Source: Candidatus Micrarchaeota archaeon (GTDB lineage: Archaea > Micrarchaeota > Micrarchaeia > Norongarragalinales > SBBD01). From it: a stretch of DNA of 64,000 bases. The DNA is taken from positions 128,001-192,000 of the forward strand of contig JAHJQN010000004.1 of assembly GCA_018819225.1 (NCBI GenBank), written 5' to 3'. The notes beneath the pieces were generated by a model. It had not been told where the DNA came from and made no database searches. It worked only from the letters and a program-made list of their open reading frames with translations. Shown in pieces: positions 11,096-21,701 of the stretch. The position numbers and the translations under genes were made by a program. How positions within the stretch are numbered: the stretch's first letter is position 1; each line of letters opens with the position of its first letter.

Positions 11096-12346
11096 ATGAA
11101 AAAACGTCCAAAACCATCCAAGAACATGCCCAAAGGAGACCGAAAGGTAGCTCATGAGACATCGCGTCTCCGTTTAACGAAAATGCACGGAATGGGCGTG
11201 GCATTGATCGTACTCGCATTTGCGGTATTGTTTGTATGGTTTAACGGATTCCCCGGGACCCAACCTGCCGTGACCCCGACACCGCCCGTGGTGACTCCTT
11301 CCGCCACGTTTCCAACCGTTCGACTCGTTAAAATCACCACGAATGATTGCACGGATTGCTTTGATGCGGAACTCATGACCGATGCCGTTAAGCGGACCGG
11401 AATGAAAATTTCAAGCGAAGAATCGGTGGATTACCGGTCATCGGAAGGGCAAACGCTGATCCAAACGCATGCCATTGAAGGCGTGCCGACTTTGCTCGTG
11501 TTCGTGAAAGCAGGGGATGCCGCCGTCGCGAAAGAAATCAGCAGCTTTATGGAAAACAAGGGAGGCGGCGTGTACGCTTTTGATCGCCTCATTCCCATCT
11601 ACTACGATACCCAGGCACAAAAAATAGTCGGGAGGATTACCGCGACATTCATTGACGACCCCCGTTGCCTGAAATGCGTGGCATTAAGTTTGGCGCCCAT
11701 CGAAACGGCTGGAATCAAAATTTACCGGAAGAACCGGGTGGATTACGATTCCCAACCGGGTCGGGAACTCATCGAAAAATTCAAGATCACTCGCGTACCC
11801 TCCCTCATCCTATCCTCGGATTATGAGGCGTACGAGAATTTGCGCATCGAATTATTGAAAATTGGAACCGAGGCAGAGGATGGAACGTATATCTTCCGCG
11901 ATTACAATCCGCCATTTCGAAATCTCGAAACCGATGAAATTGAAGGGTATGTAAGCTTCATTTACATCGATGATATGGATTGTCCGGGTTGCTATGAGCC
12001 GGAAACCCACCGGCGCGCGATGGAAAACCGGGGCGTGAATCCGGTGTCGGAATCCGTTTACGACGTCAACTCAATCATCGGGAAAGAATACATCGAAAAA
12101 TACGGTATTGACAAAATTCCAACGGCCATTATCTCGCCGGAGATTGGCACGTACCCATCCGTGGCCACCATACTCGAACAAATATTTTCGGAAGAAAAGG
12201 ATGGATGGTTCGTGTTTCGGAAGTTCGACGCGCTGCCTACCGCCAATTACCGCGATCTGGAAACAGGAGAAATCGTCATTCATAATGATACGATGAGTGA
12301 ACTCGTGATCCCGGTTGGACCCGACGGCGAGATCCTCATCGAGTAA
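11096..12346 (+). CDS. Membrane-anchored protein with three tandem CxxC thioredoxin-like repeats
   Basis: N-terminal TM; CTDC, CLKC and CPGC each followed by S..G..LI...I..VP cis-Pro-type motif. Confidence 0.8.
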   Translation: MKKRPKPSKNMPKGDRKVAHETSRLRLTKMHGMGVALIVLAFAVLFVWFNGFPGTQPAVTPTPPVVTPSATFPTVRLVKITTNDCTDCFDAELMTDAVKRTGMKISSEESVDYRSSEGQTLIQTHAIEGVPTLLVFVKAGDAAVAKEISSFMENKGGGVYAFDRLIPIYYDTQAQKIVGRITATFIDDPRCLKCVALSLAPIETAGIKIYRKNRVDYDSQPGRELIEKFKITRVPSLILSSDYEAYENLRIELLKIGTEAEDGTYIFRDYNPPFRNLETDEIEGYVSFIYIDDMDCPGCYEPETHRRAMENRGVNPVSESVYDVNSIIGKEYIEKYGIDKIPTAIISPEIGTYPSVATILEQIFSEEKDGWFVFRKFDALPTANYRDLETGEIVIHNDTMSELVIPVGPDGEILIE

Positions 12347-12414
12347 ATAAACCAAATGTATTTATACGTGGAAAGCCGCGGAACGGTATAACGCATTCAA
12401 TTAGGGGAGTAAGC

Positions 12415-12777
12415 ATGAAAACCAAAAATATTATTTTATTCGGGGTCCTAGGCGTGGTGGGATTGATTCTCATTCTCGGCGTCATGGCATCATCACCCGG
12501 AAACGAACCGTATTTGGATGATTCGTCGCCCGTCATGTATTTCCATAGCGATTCCTGTCACTTTTGCGCGCAACAGAAACCGATTCTACGCGAGCTGGCC
12601 TCTGAAGGATATCGCGTCAAGCTCATGGACGTGGGCAGAAACCCCGCGTTATGGCAAGAATACGGTATCACGGGAACCCCCGCGTTTATTGCAGAGAACG
12701 GGGAACGCTTGTCGGGCCTGACTCAGAAGCAGGCGCTTCGAACGTTTCTGGCCAGTAACGGAGCCAAGATCGCGTAA
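12415..12777 (+). CDS. Exported thioredoxin-family protein
   Basis: N-terminal TM, CHFC active site, YGITGTPAF. Confidence 0.85.
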   Translation: MKTKNIILFGVLGVVGLILILGVMASSPGNEPYLDDSSPVMYFHSDSCHFCAQQKPILRELASEGYRVKLMDVGRNPALWQEYGITGTPAFIAENGERLSGLTQKQALRTFLASNGAKIA

Positions 12778-12786
12778 CCCCGCGTA

Positions 12787-13515
12787 CTACGCAAGCATTA
12801 GAACGAGCGATACTAAAATCGGTTGGTGAATGAGATAACCCACGAGCGTACGCCGGCCGAACCATGCCAGTGATCGGGCGAGTACGTGGTTTCGAAGACT
12901 TCTTTGAGCTTTGGGCAGTTTGGAAAGTAGTATCGGAGCCGTGCTTATGCCCAGCAAGAAGGGAAGCGACCACGGAATCAGCGGAACGTAATCAAAAGAC
13001 TGAAAGCCCGCTGGAGGAAATCCAAACCATATTAGCCACGGGGACGCGTACGAAAGAGAGGGTAAGAGAGCAATAATCACGAGGACGATTAGGGCGGCGG
13101 CTCCTGCGCGTTTTGGATGTCGCGTTAATGGCCAGAATAATATAATGCATAGGGCTATGGCGTGGAGAATACCGAACCAGATCGTATTTTCAGGAAATAA
13201 ATTCATGGTCACTACCGTAATAAGTATGCCCGCACCAAGAATCTGGAAACCTCTTTTCATATGGTGTCCAAAGCGATGGCGCAATGAAAGTCTGGAATCG
13301 CTTAATACGAGAGAAATACCTGCAATGAATAGAAACGATCCCGCAATGCTGCGGGCCATCCAATACCAGAATCCGGTGTAGAGTTCAACGGGATACTCCT
13401 TAAAGAACACCAAATCGAATAATAGGTGATAGAGGACCATGCCTAAGAATATGATTCCTCGAATGGCATCCAATGCGATCCAGCGTTCTTTGGCCCTAAA
13501 TTGTCCGTATGCCAT
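12787..13515 (-). CDS. DUF1624/HGSNAT-like membrane acyltransferase
   Basis: R..xLDAIRG..MVxYH, DYVPLIPW, GRxTLxxYLIHQP. Confidence 0.85.
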   Translation of the reverse strand: MAYGQFRAKERWIALDAIRGIIFLGMVLYHLLFDLVFFKEYPVELYTGFWYWMARSIAGSFLFIAGISLVLSDSRLSLRHRFGHHMKRGFQILGAGILITVVTMNLFPENTIWFGILHAIALCIILFWPLTRHPKRAGAAALIVLVIIALLPSLSYASPWLIWFGFPPAGFQSFDYVPLIPWSLPFLLGISTAPILLSKLPKAQRSLRNHVLARSLAWFGRRTLVGYLIHQPILVSLVLMLA

Positions 13516-13605
13516 GCAGAGTTTAAAAAGATCCAACAGTTTATATAGGAGAATGACCTAATTAGATAGTACTGATCAGTGGTAATATTCAATGAGGAGG
13601 CTAAC

Positions 13606-14934
13606 ATGAACCCCTTGAAGATCGCTGCCAAATGGACCATTATTGCACTAATAGTACTGCCGTTAATGGTTCAAGCGAACGACGTAACGCGTTATTCCGA
13701 TCCCATTAACGGAGAAGTCATCGTACTGATAAAAGAGAGTTCACTTGGCGACTTTGAGCTTCAAAATCAACTAAACGCCCAAATCCCATCTGCGCAATTA
13801 ACTTACAAACCACTTCACAAAACAGAATTATCGACACGTGACGACAATTACGGGCCTCGGTTCATTAAAGTATATTTTGACCAGTCCATTTCTCCAATAA
13901 GCATCTCGGACTCATTGTCACAGCTATCATTCGTTGAGTTTGCAGAACCCGTATTTTACGGCATAGGGACCTGGATTCCCGATGACGAATATTTTGACGA
14001 ACAATGGGGGCTCGAACAAATCGAGGCTCCGCGTGCATACGGCTACGAAAAAGGGAATGCCGACGTGGTTATTGCCATAATCGATACAGGCGTGGATTTG
14101 GACCATGAAGACTTGCAAGAGAAGCTATTACCGGGGTATGACGCCGTTGATTTGGATCATGTTCCTGAAGATGATCACAGCCACGGAACGCGCATGGCCG
14201 GCATTGCTGCAGCAGTCACGGACAACGGCATGGGAATAGCAGGAACGTGTCCAAATTGTGCCATTCTGCCGGTACGCGCAGGGTATAACAATAACGGTTA
14301 TGCCTCGTTCCCCAATGACGCGGTATTCCTCGGAATCGAATACGCTATTAACAATCCAAGAAATATCGAAGGAATCCCCGAAAATCTGAATCCGGCCGAT
14401 ATTCTATCCATGAGCTTTACGTTCTCTTACGCCAGCGAAAGCATGAACACGAGCATTGCAGATGCGGCATCAGCAGGAGTGCTCATGGTGGCTGCAGCCG
14501 GCAACAACGGAAACGACGAACAACGCTATCCCGCAGCCTATAACGAAGTTATAGCTGTGGCGGCAACAGACGAAAACGATGCCCGGCTCTCATGGTCGAA
14601 TTACGGAGACTGGGTGAACGTGGCCGCACCCGGAAGACTCATCAAAACCACGTCCATAGGCAATAGTTATGCATTAAGTAGCGGAACCTCCGCATCCACT
14701 CCATTTGTTGCAGGACTAGCCGGACTCATGCTCGCCCGGTCAAAAGGAACGTCATTTTCAGCGGAGGATTTAATGTCCACATTGATTCAAACATCGGATC
14801 CCGTCAGTAATTTCCCGGCAATAGAAGGAGGAAGAATTAACGCGTATAACGCCATTATCCATACCCCGAAAAAGCAGTCCAAGAAAGGATATTTGCCGTA
14901 CGAACAATACGGAGAATGGGAGGGATCCGATTAA
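13606..14934 (+). CDS. Secreted S8 subtilisin-like serine protease
   Basis: Signal peptide and propeptide; triad IIDTG, HGT, SGTS; oxyanion AAAGN; GAGGAGG SD. Confidence 0.95.
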   Translation: MNPLKIAAKWTIIALIVLPLMVQANDVTRYSDPINGEVIVLIKESSLGDFELQNQLNAQIPSAQLTYKPLHKTELSTRDDNYGPRFIKVYFDQSISPISISDSLSQLSFVEFAEPVFYGIGTWIPDDEYFDEQWGLEQIEAPRAYGYEKGNADVVIAIIDTGVDLDHEDLQEKLLPGYDAVDLDHVPEDDHSHGTRMAGIAAAVTDNGMGIAGTCPNCAILPVRAGYNNNGYASFPNDAVFLGIEYAINNPRNIEGIPENLNPADILSMSFTFSYASESMNTSIADAASAGVLMVAAAGNNGNDEQRYPAAYNEVIAVAATDENDARLSWSNYGDWVNVAAPGRLIKTTSIGNSYALSSGTSASTPFVAGLAGLMLARSKGTSFSAEDLMSTLIQTSDPVSNFPAIEGGRINAYNAIIHTPKKQSKKGYLPYEQYGEWEGSD

Positions 14935-14973
14935 CAAGAGAAGCTTTTTATTCTCGGGTGCAACAAGCGTATC

Positions 14974-15333
14974 ATGCTACGACAACGACCGCATTCGGTA
15001 ACCAAGGAAGGCCTCAAATACGAGTTTGAATACGAAAAAACGCAGATGCAAAGTATATCGCAACTGATCGCCGCAGCCATACTATCTCTCGCGTTGTTTG
15101 CGACGATCTTTATCGGAGTCGTCACGATGAATTGTCAAACCACGCGGGATTGCGGGTATGACTTTACTGTTTTCTATGTGCTGACGATCATGCTCATGAT
15201 CTCTGCAACGGTTTCCATCATGTTCCAGGCGCGCCGACTCTGGCGTCTCACGCAAGCCATCGAAGCCTTTGAGCACCCGAAGAAACACCGCAAGAAAATG
15301 TCGCAGAACATTTCAACGGTTACACTCAAATAG
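14974..15333 (+). CDS. Hypothetical two-TM membrane protein
   Basis: Two hydrophobic helices; fits gene spacing. Confidence 0.6.
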   Translation: MLRQRPHSVTKEGLKYEFEYEKTQMQSISQLIAAAILSLALFATIFIGVVTMNCQTTRDCGYDFTVFYVLTIMLMISATVSIMFQARRLWRLTQAIEAFEHPKKHRKKMSQNISTVTLK

Positions 15334-15338
15334 GACGC

Positions 15339-15926
15339 GTGAAACGCATGTCGGCCAAACCTAAAGAAAAGAATGCAGTACGTACATCCATCCGAAAACC
15401 CACGTGGGCGGAAACGCGTCAAAAGCTTTTAGCCGCATTCTTTGCTTTTCTAGCCATCGCATTTACCTTGTTTTATGGAAATAATGCTGTTGAAATCATA
15501 CGGGAAGCGCAGGATGTGTTATTGGGAGTATACACCTATTGCGGATTGGAAATGACCCCATCGTGCATCACCTTCCTGCCCGAACGATGGATTCAAGGAA
15601 TCGCGAGCGGATTAGCTGCCCTCGGACTTCTATTCGCGTTCGCGCAAGCCGCCGGATCCGCATGGAGTCGACGCGCCAAACGATACGCGCTTGAATTCGA
15701 TCGCAAAGCCGTATATGCGCTCTCGATGGCGATGCTCGGATTGGCGATTTCGGGAATAATGGAAGCGTACAAATGGTTCCGTTTGTTTTGGTTTCACGAA
15801 AACGCGTTATTCCATATCGGGTTAACGGCAATCGAACTCATCCTTCTCCGAAAACTATGGAACGAAGTCAATAAAATGTCGGACGGCGAAGCCCTTTCCC
15901 TGGAATGGCACCGCCACACCCAATAA
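15339..15926 (+). CDS. Hypothetical four-TM membrane protein
   Basis: Four hydrophobic segments; follows previous ORF by 5 nt. Confidence 0.65.
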   Translation: MKRMSAKPKEKNAVRTSIRKPTWAETRQKLLAAFFAFLAIAFTLFYGNNAVEIIREAQDVLLGVYTYCGLEMTPSCITFLPERWIQGIASGLAALGLLFAFAQAAGSAWSRRAKRYALEFDRKAVYALSMAMLGLAISGIMEAYKWFRLFWFHENALFHIGLTAIELILLRKLWNEVNKMSDGEALSLEWHRHTQ

Positions 15927-15972
15927 ACCCATTTTTTAATTCACGGTATACGTTACTACATTGAGTTAAGAT

Positions 15973-17367
15973 ATGGTTCGAAAGGAGCGGCCAGTCGAAT
16001 CGAAGTATACTCTTCCGAACGTCATGGAAGAAGAGTTAATGGAAGAACTGCGTTGGCATGGTATTGATTCGCATCCCGTGGTCAACGGAAGCATTAAGCT
16101 TGCCCGAGAGTTTCATCTCCCTATTATGCGCGAGGATGGACGAAGCCAATTGACCGCGCATATCTTTCACGCCGCCAAACTCTACTTGGAATCCCTTCGC
16201 GCAGAAAATCAGAGAGCGGATCCGCTAAACGTCGCAAAAATTTTATTACATGATTCAAAAGAGATTGAGATTCAGCAACGGGAAAAACGAGACACGTATA
16301 TGCGAACTCAATTGAGTAGATATGGAACTCGGTCTCAAGTCGATGAGATAATGAGTGGAGTGGATGAACACACCAAACCTCCCGAATACGAATTTAACGG
16401 AAAGAGTAAAGCCGAACGAAAACGAATGCGCGACAAGGCATTTGATGCTCAATTTTCATTGGCCTCGCCAGACGCGCAGAGACGCCGATTGGCCGACCGC
16501 TTATCCAATCTAATGAGTCCGAATGTAAATGATGACCGAAGAAGATCGACCGCAAGATCATCGCATCGATACGTTGAAATCGCTCATTCGTTCCCATTTT
16601 TCAGAACCCGATTTCCAACCGCACTCAAGATATTCACGAAACCGCCGCAAGCTGTTCGTTACGAAATACCGCCGTGGCGCCGGAAAAAAGGACCGGTTTA
16701 CGTCGAGGAATTCAAACGCGGTTCGTTGAGATACTATAATGGAAGTACGAAGGAACACGACTCGTTACCCGTACGAATTATTCGTGGAAAATCCGATACG
16801 GCCATATTATTACCTTTTGCATTAAGTGAAAATTCTTCAGCTTTTATTAGAGACAATTGGTTAACGGGAACCCGACAATATCCTCAAACTCGCGGGATGC
16901 GCGGAAATGTCAGCGTTAAGACCGCAGCCGAACATGGGCCAGAACGTGATTTACTGTATAAGCCCATTCCAAAGGAAGCCGGCATCTGGGACGAGGTGCG
17001 CACACTCCTTTATTTACGAACCATGGGCTTGAGAACCGAAACGCCACTGGGGGTATACATCGATCGCAATAACAATGCCCGATATTTAATTACGCGCGCC
17101 TTACGGGGTAAATATAAACTCGTTCCGGATTCTCAACTACGGGAATTTAGAGGAATGATTCGAAAAGCGGGATTCCATGCCGACCGAAAATCATTCAACC
17201 GACACAACGTGTTATGGAAAGAAGAGAGAGGGGGCGAATCCAAACCATTTCTTGTAGGGGCATGGAAACTAAGGCCTCGAACGGATGAATTGGCTCGATT
17301 GACTCGCGTCAAACGAGCGAAAACAACGTGGACTCAACGTTTATTGGACAGAATACGGCGCGTCTAG
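15973..17367 (+). CDS. RelA/SpoT-type HD hydrolase-like domain fused to degenerate kinase-like domain
   Basis: H...R.DG....H, LLHD..E, HTK, LADRLSNL at N-terminus; E..TL.YL..MGL.T.TP..YLIT and H.D....NVL at C-terminus. Confidence 0.6.
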   Translation: MVRKERPVESKYTLPNVMEEELMEELRWHGIDSHPVVNGSIKLAREFHLPIMREDGRSQLTAHIFHAAKLYLESLRAENQRADPLNVAKILLHDSKEIEIQQREKRDTYMRTQLSRYGTRSQVDEIMSGVDEHTKPPEYEFNGKSKAERKRMRDKAFDAQFSLASPDAQRRRLADRLSNLMSPNVNDDRRRSTARSSHRYVEIAHSFPFFRTRFPTALKIFTKPPQAVRYEIPPWRRKKGPVYVEEFKRGSLRYYNGSTKEHDSLPVRIIRGKSDTAILLPFALSENSSAFIRDNWLTGTRQYPQTRGMRGNVSVKTAAEHGPERDLLYKPIPKEAGIWDEVRTLLYLRTMGLRTETPLGVYIDRNNNARYLITRALRGKYKLVPDSQLREFRGMIRKAGFHADRKSFNRHNVLWKEERGGESKPFLVGAWKLRPRTDELARLTRVKRAKTTWTQRLLDRIRRV

Positions 17368-17453
17368 TTACACCATAGCGCTATGTTTATATACGACGGT
17401 GCAGTCGAAGCGTTATATCACATTGATATTTCTGCGGATCAGGTTAGAACGGC

Positions 17454-17864
17454 ATGAGCGCATGGAACTACGTCAAACCTACGATGTTTCGCTTGCTATT
17501 GGTACTGGCCTTATTCATTATGGCCAACATCCCGTATATAGGAACCATTGTCAACGGAGAAAGCAAATGCTTGGAAGTACAATGCGATCCCTTGGATGCG
17601 CACTGCCGTTCCGACCGCCAATGTTTAACGTATTATGAAGCCCGACCGTCCGGGGTATTCTGGTGGCCTTATCCTGAATTCACGCTCACGTATTCTGAAG
17701 TGCAAGTCAGCGCGGACACCATACCCATTATTGCAATGACTCGAAATCAATCCGAGCTATTAAACGAACCAGCCCTCGCAACCACGTTCGCTTACTGGTA
17801 TTTGATCGCCCTGATCATTACGATTCCCGGCGCAAACGACGCCAGAAAACGGAATCAAGTTTAA
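17454..17864 (+). CDS. Hypothetical membrane protein with Cys-containing extracellular loop
   Basis: N- and C-terminal TM, four Cys in the loop; TTTATA-type box upstream. Confidence 0.65.
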   Translation: MSAWNYVKPTMFRLLLVLALFIMANIPYIGTIVNGESKCLEVQCDPLDAHCRSDRQCLTYYEARPSGVFWWPYPEFTLTYSEVQVSADTIPIIAMTRNQSELLNEPALATTFAYWYLIALIITIPGANDARKRNQV

Positions 17865-17878
17865 AGCAGGTGTAGAAC

Positions 17879-18376
17879 ATGGAAGAACCATCGGCATTGA
17901 CGACGAAACGCTTGGAACCCGCATCGCGCGGTATTCCCAGCAAAGAATCACTCTGGTTCGCGTACAGTAAGCTGCCCATGAGCACGGAAGCCCGTTGGGA
18001 ACCGGACGATATCTTGAAACTCGTGTTTCCCCCTCAATACAAGCGTTCCCAATACGATATCGCACTCAAACTCCTAAAGCATTTAAGCGAACGAGAACAA
18101 TTAACGGGCGACGAGCTCGCGGCCTGGCAAGCCCAACAACACATACCGAACTCGACGCTTCGAAATCTCGTGATCCCGCGCTTGATTGCCGTGGGACTGA
18201 TTGCCCGAGAACGCCGAAATCCCACGGGCCAAACCGAAAAAGACAAGCGCCATCACATGGTATTAAAAACCAGCAAACGTTTCGGCGAAGCCTTTAAACA
18301 CATCGGAGAACAATGGAACGCCATGGTGGAAACCTGGCGCGTTAAACGCAAGCAATCCATAGAACCCATGCAGTGA
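17879..18376 (+). CDS. Hypothetical protein, winged-helix-like
   Basis: IPNSTLRNLVIPRLIAVGLIARE resembles a wHTH recognition helix plus wing. Confidence 0.6.
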   Translation: MEEPSALTTKRLEPASRGIPSKESLWFAYSKLPMSTEARWEPDDILKLVFPPQYKRSQYDIALKLLKHLSEREQLTGDELAAWQAQQHIPNSTLRNLVIPRLIAVGLIARERRNPTGQTEKDKRHHMVLKTSKRFGEAFKHIGEQWNAMVETWRVKRKQSIEPMQ

Positions 18377-18384
18377 ATTGAAGC

Positions 18385-19821
18385 ATGCGTCGCGTCATCT
18401 GGATAATGTTGTTCGTCAGCTTGGCACTTGCGGCTCGGCACGACGGCTTCGGGCATTACCGCGTCCTCATTCAAGGAGACGTTATTTTCAATGAATACGA
18501 CGAACAACTACGCGTTCAAAACATCAATATGACGAACGATTCCGCGATTCTTCAAATGATTGATGCATCGGGAGCCGCGAATTACATGACGGTGATCGGG
18601 GGACAACAATACACGTATGGCGAAGAATGCATTCTCATCGATCTCATCTACTCAACGTCAGGAAATAATTACATCGAACTCACGTGGAGTCCGAATCCCT
18701 GCATTCTAGAATTTACCCCCACTCTTTATGACTTGTTTGTAGCCCATGCCGGAAAAAATTCAGCGGTGATCTCGTGGCTTACCAACCTGGAATCCAATGC
18801 GTCCGTCATCTACTGGTCCGAAAACGCGTCCGAAAAGGAGTCCGTTTCCCCGTCATTCGTTACCGAGCATTCCATAACGCTTCGGTACTTACGCCCCAGC
18901 ACCACCTATTACTTCAAAGTGAAGAACTGCAATGAAGGTAATAACAGCAATTGCACGTTATCCGTTCCCAAGCGATTCATTACGCTTCCGGGAGATGAAC
19001 TAGATCCCGAAGGTCTTCAAATCGTTGAATATCCGTTGCATATGGGCCGCACGCTCGCACTGCAAGGCTTTATTGTGGAACTCATCGAAGTCAAAGGAGA
19101 CACCGCAACCATTTCATTAAAACATGATGGGGAAGAGTTATGTTCTCAACAAGCCGAGGCGTGTCGAATGGTTCGACTTGTGGAAAACGTTCCTTTCGGC
19201 GAATTAACGGGCATGCACGCCAAGTTAATGGATATCGGAAAGGATACCGCCATCATGGAACTCGCCGTCTCCAGTGAAACCACGTTTCCCCCATCCATCA
19301 TCGTACGCCCCATTCAAACCAATCCCGAACGCAATCGACGAACTCGAATTGACGTGTTCGCGTACGACGTGAATCCGGAAGGACGCCTATTGCAAGCGAA
19401 TCTCTCATACGAGGAAAATGGCTCTATAATAACTCGGGAACTGGTTCCGGGCCAAAACGCCGTATCCCTAACATTTCAAGAAGAAAAAACGTATACGTTG
19501 AATGTTGACGCTGTCAATGACATAGGAAAAAAGATTAGCATCTCGAAAAAAATCACGGTCGTCAAACCCATCCACATTCCTTCGGTCCCGTCCGCCAGTA
19601 CTCATGTGAACAAAGCGTCCGCCAGCCCAACGCCCATTCAATCCAATTTGGAACAAATACGCCAAGAAATCGCGGAAAAGGAAGCCCGGAAAGGATTCGA
19701 CTTTTGGAGCTTGTTCTGGCCGTTTGCAGCCGTTGGATCCGGAATCGCGATCGCGTGGTTCGCTTACTTCTTTCTGCAAAAGCGGAAAAGTAAAGCGAAT
19801 AAAACGCCGCCCAAGAAATAA
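18385..19821 (+). CDS. Surface protein with fibronectin type III-like domain and C-terminal membrane anchor
   Basis: Signal peptide; SAVISWLTN...HSITLxxLRPSTTYYFKV; Ser/Pro linker, TM and basic tail. Confidence 0.8.
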   Translation: MRRVIWIMLFVSLALAARHDGFGHYRVLIQGDVIFNEYDEQLRVQNINMTNDSAILQMIDASGAANYMTVIGGQQYTYGEECILIDLIYSTSGNNYIELTWSPNPCILEFTPTLYDLFVAHAGKNSAVISWLTNLESNASVIYWSENASEKESVSPSFVTEHSITLRYLRPSTTYYFKVKNCNEGNNSNCTLSVPKRFITLPGDELDPEGLQIVEYPLHMGRTLALQGFIVELIEVKGDTATISLKHDGEELCSQQAEACRMVRLVENVPFGELTGMHAKLMDIGKDTAIMELAVSSETTFPPSIIVRPIQTNPERNRRTRIDVFAYDVNPEGRLLQANLSYEENGSIITRELVPGQNAVSLTFQEEKTYTLNVDAVNDIGKKISISKKITVVKPIHIPSVPSASTHVNKASASPTPIQSNLEQIRQEIAEKEARKGFDFWSLFWPFAAVGSGIAIAWFAYFFLQKRKSKANKTPPKK

Positions 19822-20685
19822 TTATTCAACCAGCGACACAAACGTTTGCTCGAGAACGGGATTCATCTCCGTACAGTATCCGTGATTCGGGCAAGGCGCT
19901 TCCTTGAACTCTTTCGGGGATTGGGCTCTCCAATAAACGTTTTTTGCGATCGATATGGGAATGCCGGGATCGTTCGGCGAATGAATTTGAACGAATGGTC
20001 GCGGCGCAAGCATAGACACATAGTTTTCAGGATCTATCGAGTGAACGAACCGCGTTTCCTGAACAGAAGGCCGTTTCTCCAAGCCGTAGCCCGAAGTGCT
20101 AATTCCCACCACTGCACGGACATCCGGAGCATTTACCGCAGCAATAATAATGCTCCGGGCCCCCATGCTTTCCCCGGCAAAAATAATGCGACGGTCATCC
20201 ACGTCGGAGCGTTGACGCAAATAGTCATACGCGCGAAGAATGTCGTAAACGTTTCGATGCACCGACGGCTCCTTTCCTTCGATAAACAAGGCATAATCCT
20301 CGGAGAGCGAACGTCCCAAAGCGCTGGTTTCTCCCACGCCGCGCGAATCCATGGCCATGACAATAAAATCGTGCGGAACCAGCAAATCGGCATAGGCTTT
20401 TCCCGCTTCCTTCCCCACTCCGGCGCCCGGAACGAATAAAATCGCGGGATACCTTCCATCGGAATTCGGTGTCCAGACCAGCGCCGAAACATTTCCATCG
20501 TTCAGTTGTAAGGTGACTTTATGCTCGACTCGATCAAGGGTATTCGCAAGCATTACCTCGGAATAAACAAGGGACTGGCGTTGAGTCGGGTAATGCAATT
20601 GACCGGATTCACTCACGGAATATGAATCCGGCGTCAAACATCCCAGAAGAAAAAGCACGGCCAGTACGACGAATAACGGGTTCAT
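19822..20685 (-). CDS. Alpha/beta hydrolase (lipoprotein-like esterase)
   Basis: LLGC lipobox-like; DSRGVGE; GESMG nucleophile elbow; ATGA overlap with ferredoxin stop. Confidence 0.85.
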   Translation of the reverse strand: MNPLFVVLAVLFLLGCLTPDSYSVSESGQLHYPTQRQSLVYSEVMLANTLDRVEHKVTLQLNDGNVSALVWTPNSDGRYPAILFVPGAGVGKEAGKAYADLLVPHDFIVMAMDSRGVGETSALGRSLSEDYALFIEGKEPSVHRNVYDILRAYDYLRQRSDVDDRRIIFAGESMGARSIIIAAVNAPDVRAVVGISTSGYGLEKRPSVQETRFVHSIDPENYVSMLAPRPFVQIHSPNDPGIPISIAKNVYWRAQSPKEFKEAPCPNHGYCTEMNPVLEQTFVSLVE

Positions 20686-20942
20686 ACGAGATAGTCGCCG
20701 GTTTCCAAATCCTTGACGCGAATGATGCGCACGGGACAACTGCGAGCGGCATTCAGCAAATCCTCCATATCCTCATCCTCCATCTCTTTCACGTACAAAC
20801 CATCGGATGCCTGCTTCTGGCCATTCAGTAAATCGGCTTTAACATCATCGGACATGATCCAGTTCTTTGGATCCGTTTGAACGCATATCGTGGCCCCGAT
20901 GCAAGCGCTCCGATCATACTCTATGCGGTATCGTTTGACCAT
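20682..20942 (-). CDS. Monocluster ferredoxin ([3Fe-4S] type)
   Basis: CIGATIC ... AARSCPVRII; second cluster Cys replaced by Ala. Confidence 0.88.
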   Translation of the reverse strand: MVKRYRIEYDRSACIGATICVQTDPKNWIMSDDVKADLLNGQKQASDGLYVKEMEDEDMEDLLNAARSCPVRIIRVKDLETGDYLV

Positions 20943-21008
20943 AGTATTCGATAGAACTAGGAACAAAACAAATAAAAATCACCAATACAAATTCCATTAG
21001 GGGGTCAG

Positions 21009-21248
21009 ATGGCTAAAGCAGGCAAGCGCTTATATCGTTCAAGAGAACGCGTTATAGGAGGGGTGTGCGGAGGAATCGCCAAATACTTTGACGTGGACCC
21101 CCGTATCGTGCGAATCCTCTGGTTGTTATGGGTGTTTGCAGGGGGTCTCGGTTTAATTGCGTACCTCGTCGCATGGATTATTGTTCCGTTAGAGCCTGCG
21201 ACCAGTGCTCCAAAGAACCCAAAAAAATCGGGGGGATCCCATGGCTGA
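21009..21248 (+). CDS. PspC domain protein
   Basis: [30 protein letters not shown]. Confidence 0.92.
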   Translation: MAKAGKRLYRSRERVIGGVCGGIAKYFDVDPRIVRILWLLWVFAGGLGLIAYLVAWIIVPLEPATSAPKNPKKSGGSHG

Positions 21249-21696
21249 AAAAGTCAAACGACTCTATCGATCCAAAGATCGCATGATCGCCGGTATTTGC
21301 GGAGGGATCGCCAAGTACTTGAATGTCGACGTTTCATTGATACGCATTTTATGGCTGATTTGGGTGCTGATGGGAGGAACCGGCCTGATCGCATACATCA
21401 TCGCATGGATCATCATTCCCGAAGAACCCAGCGGCCGCGTGAAATACGATCATGCCGGATTAAAACGTTTTGCCAAGGAAACGAAGAAAATGGCTGCGGA
21501 AATGGAGTCTATAGAAGAGAAGCGAACGGATTACGGAGCGTTCTTTTTTGGGCTCGCATTCGTCGCCATTGGCGCAAGTCTTATCGCGCAACAATTTGGA
21601 TACCTGCGCGACGTCAATCTATGGGGGTTGTGGCCGGTGTTCATCATTATGCTGGGTTTAACCATGCTAGTAAATTTCGCGACGCGTTCCAGGTGA
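21241..21696 (+). CDS. PspC domain protein with LiaF-like TM C-terminus
   Basis: [19 protein letters not shown]; C-terminal [10 protein letters not shown]. Confidence 0.9.
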   Translation: MAEKVKRLYRSKDRMIAGICGGIAKYLNVDVSLIRILWLIWVLMGGTGLIAYIIAWIIIPEEPSGRVKYDHAGLKRFAKETKKMAAEMESIEEKRTDYGAFFFGLAFVAIGASLIAQQFGYLRDVNLWGLWPVFIIMLGLTMLVNFATRSR

Positions 21697-21701
21697 TACC
21701 G

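Noticed and set aside
14680-14710. Inactive subtilisin (GTSAS instead of GTSMA)
   Set aside because: The catalytic Asp, His, Ser and oxyanion Asn are all present; this substitution is a known variant
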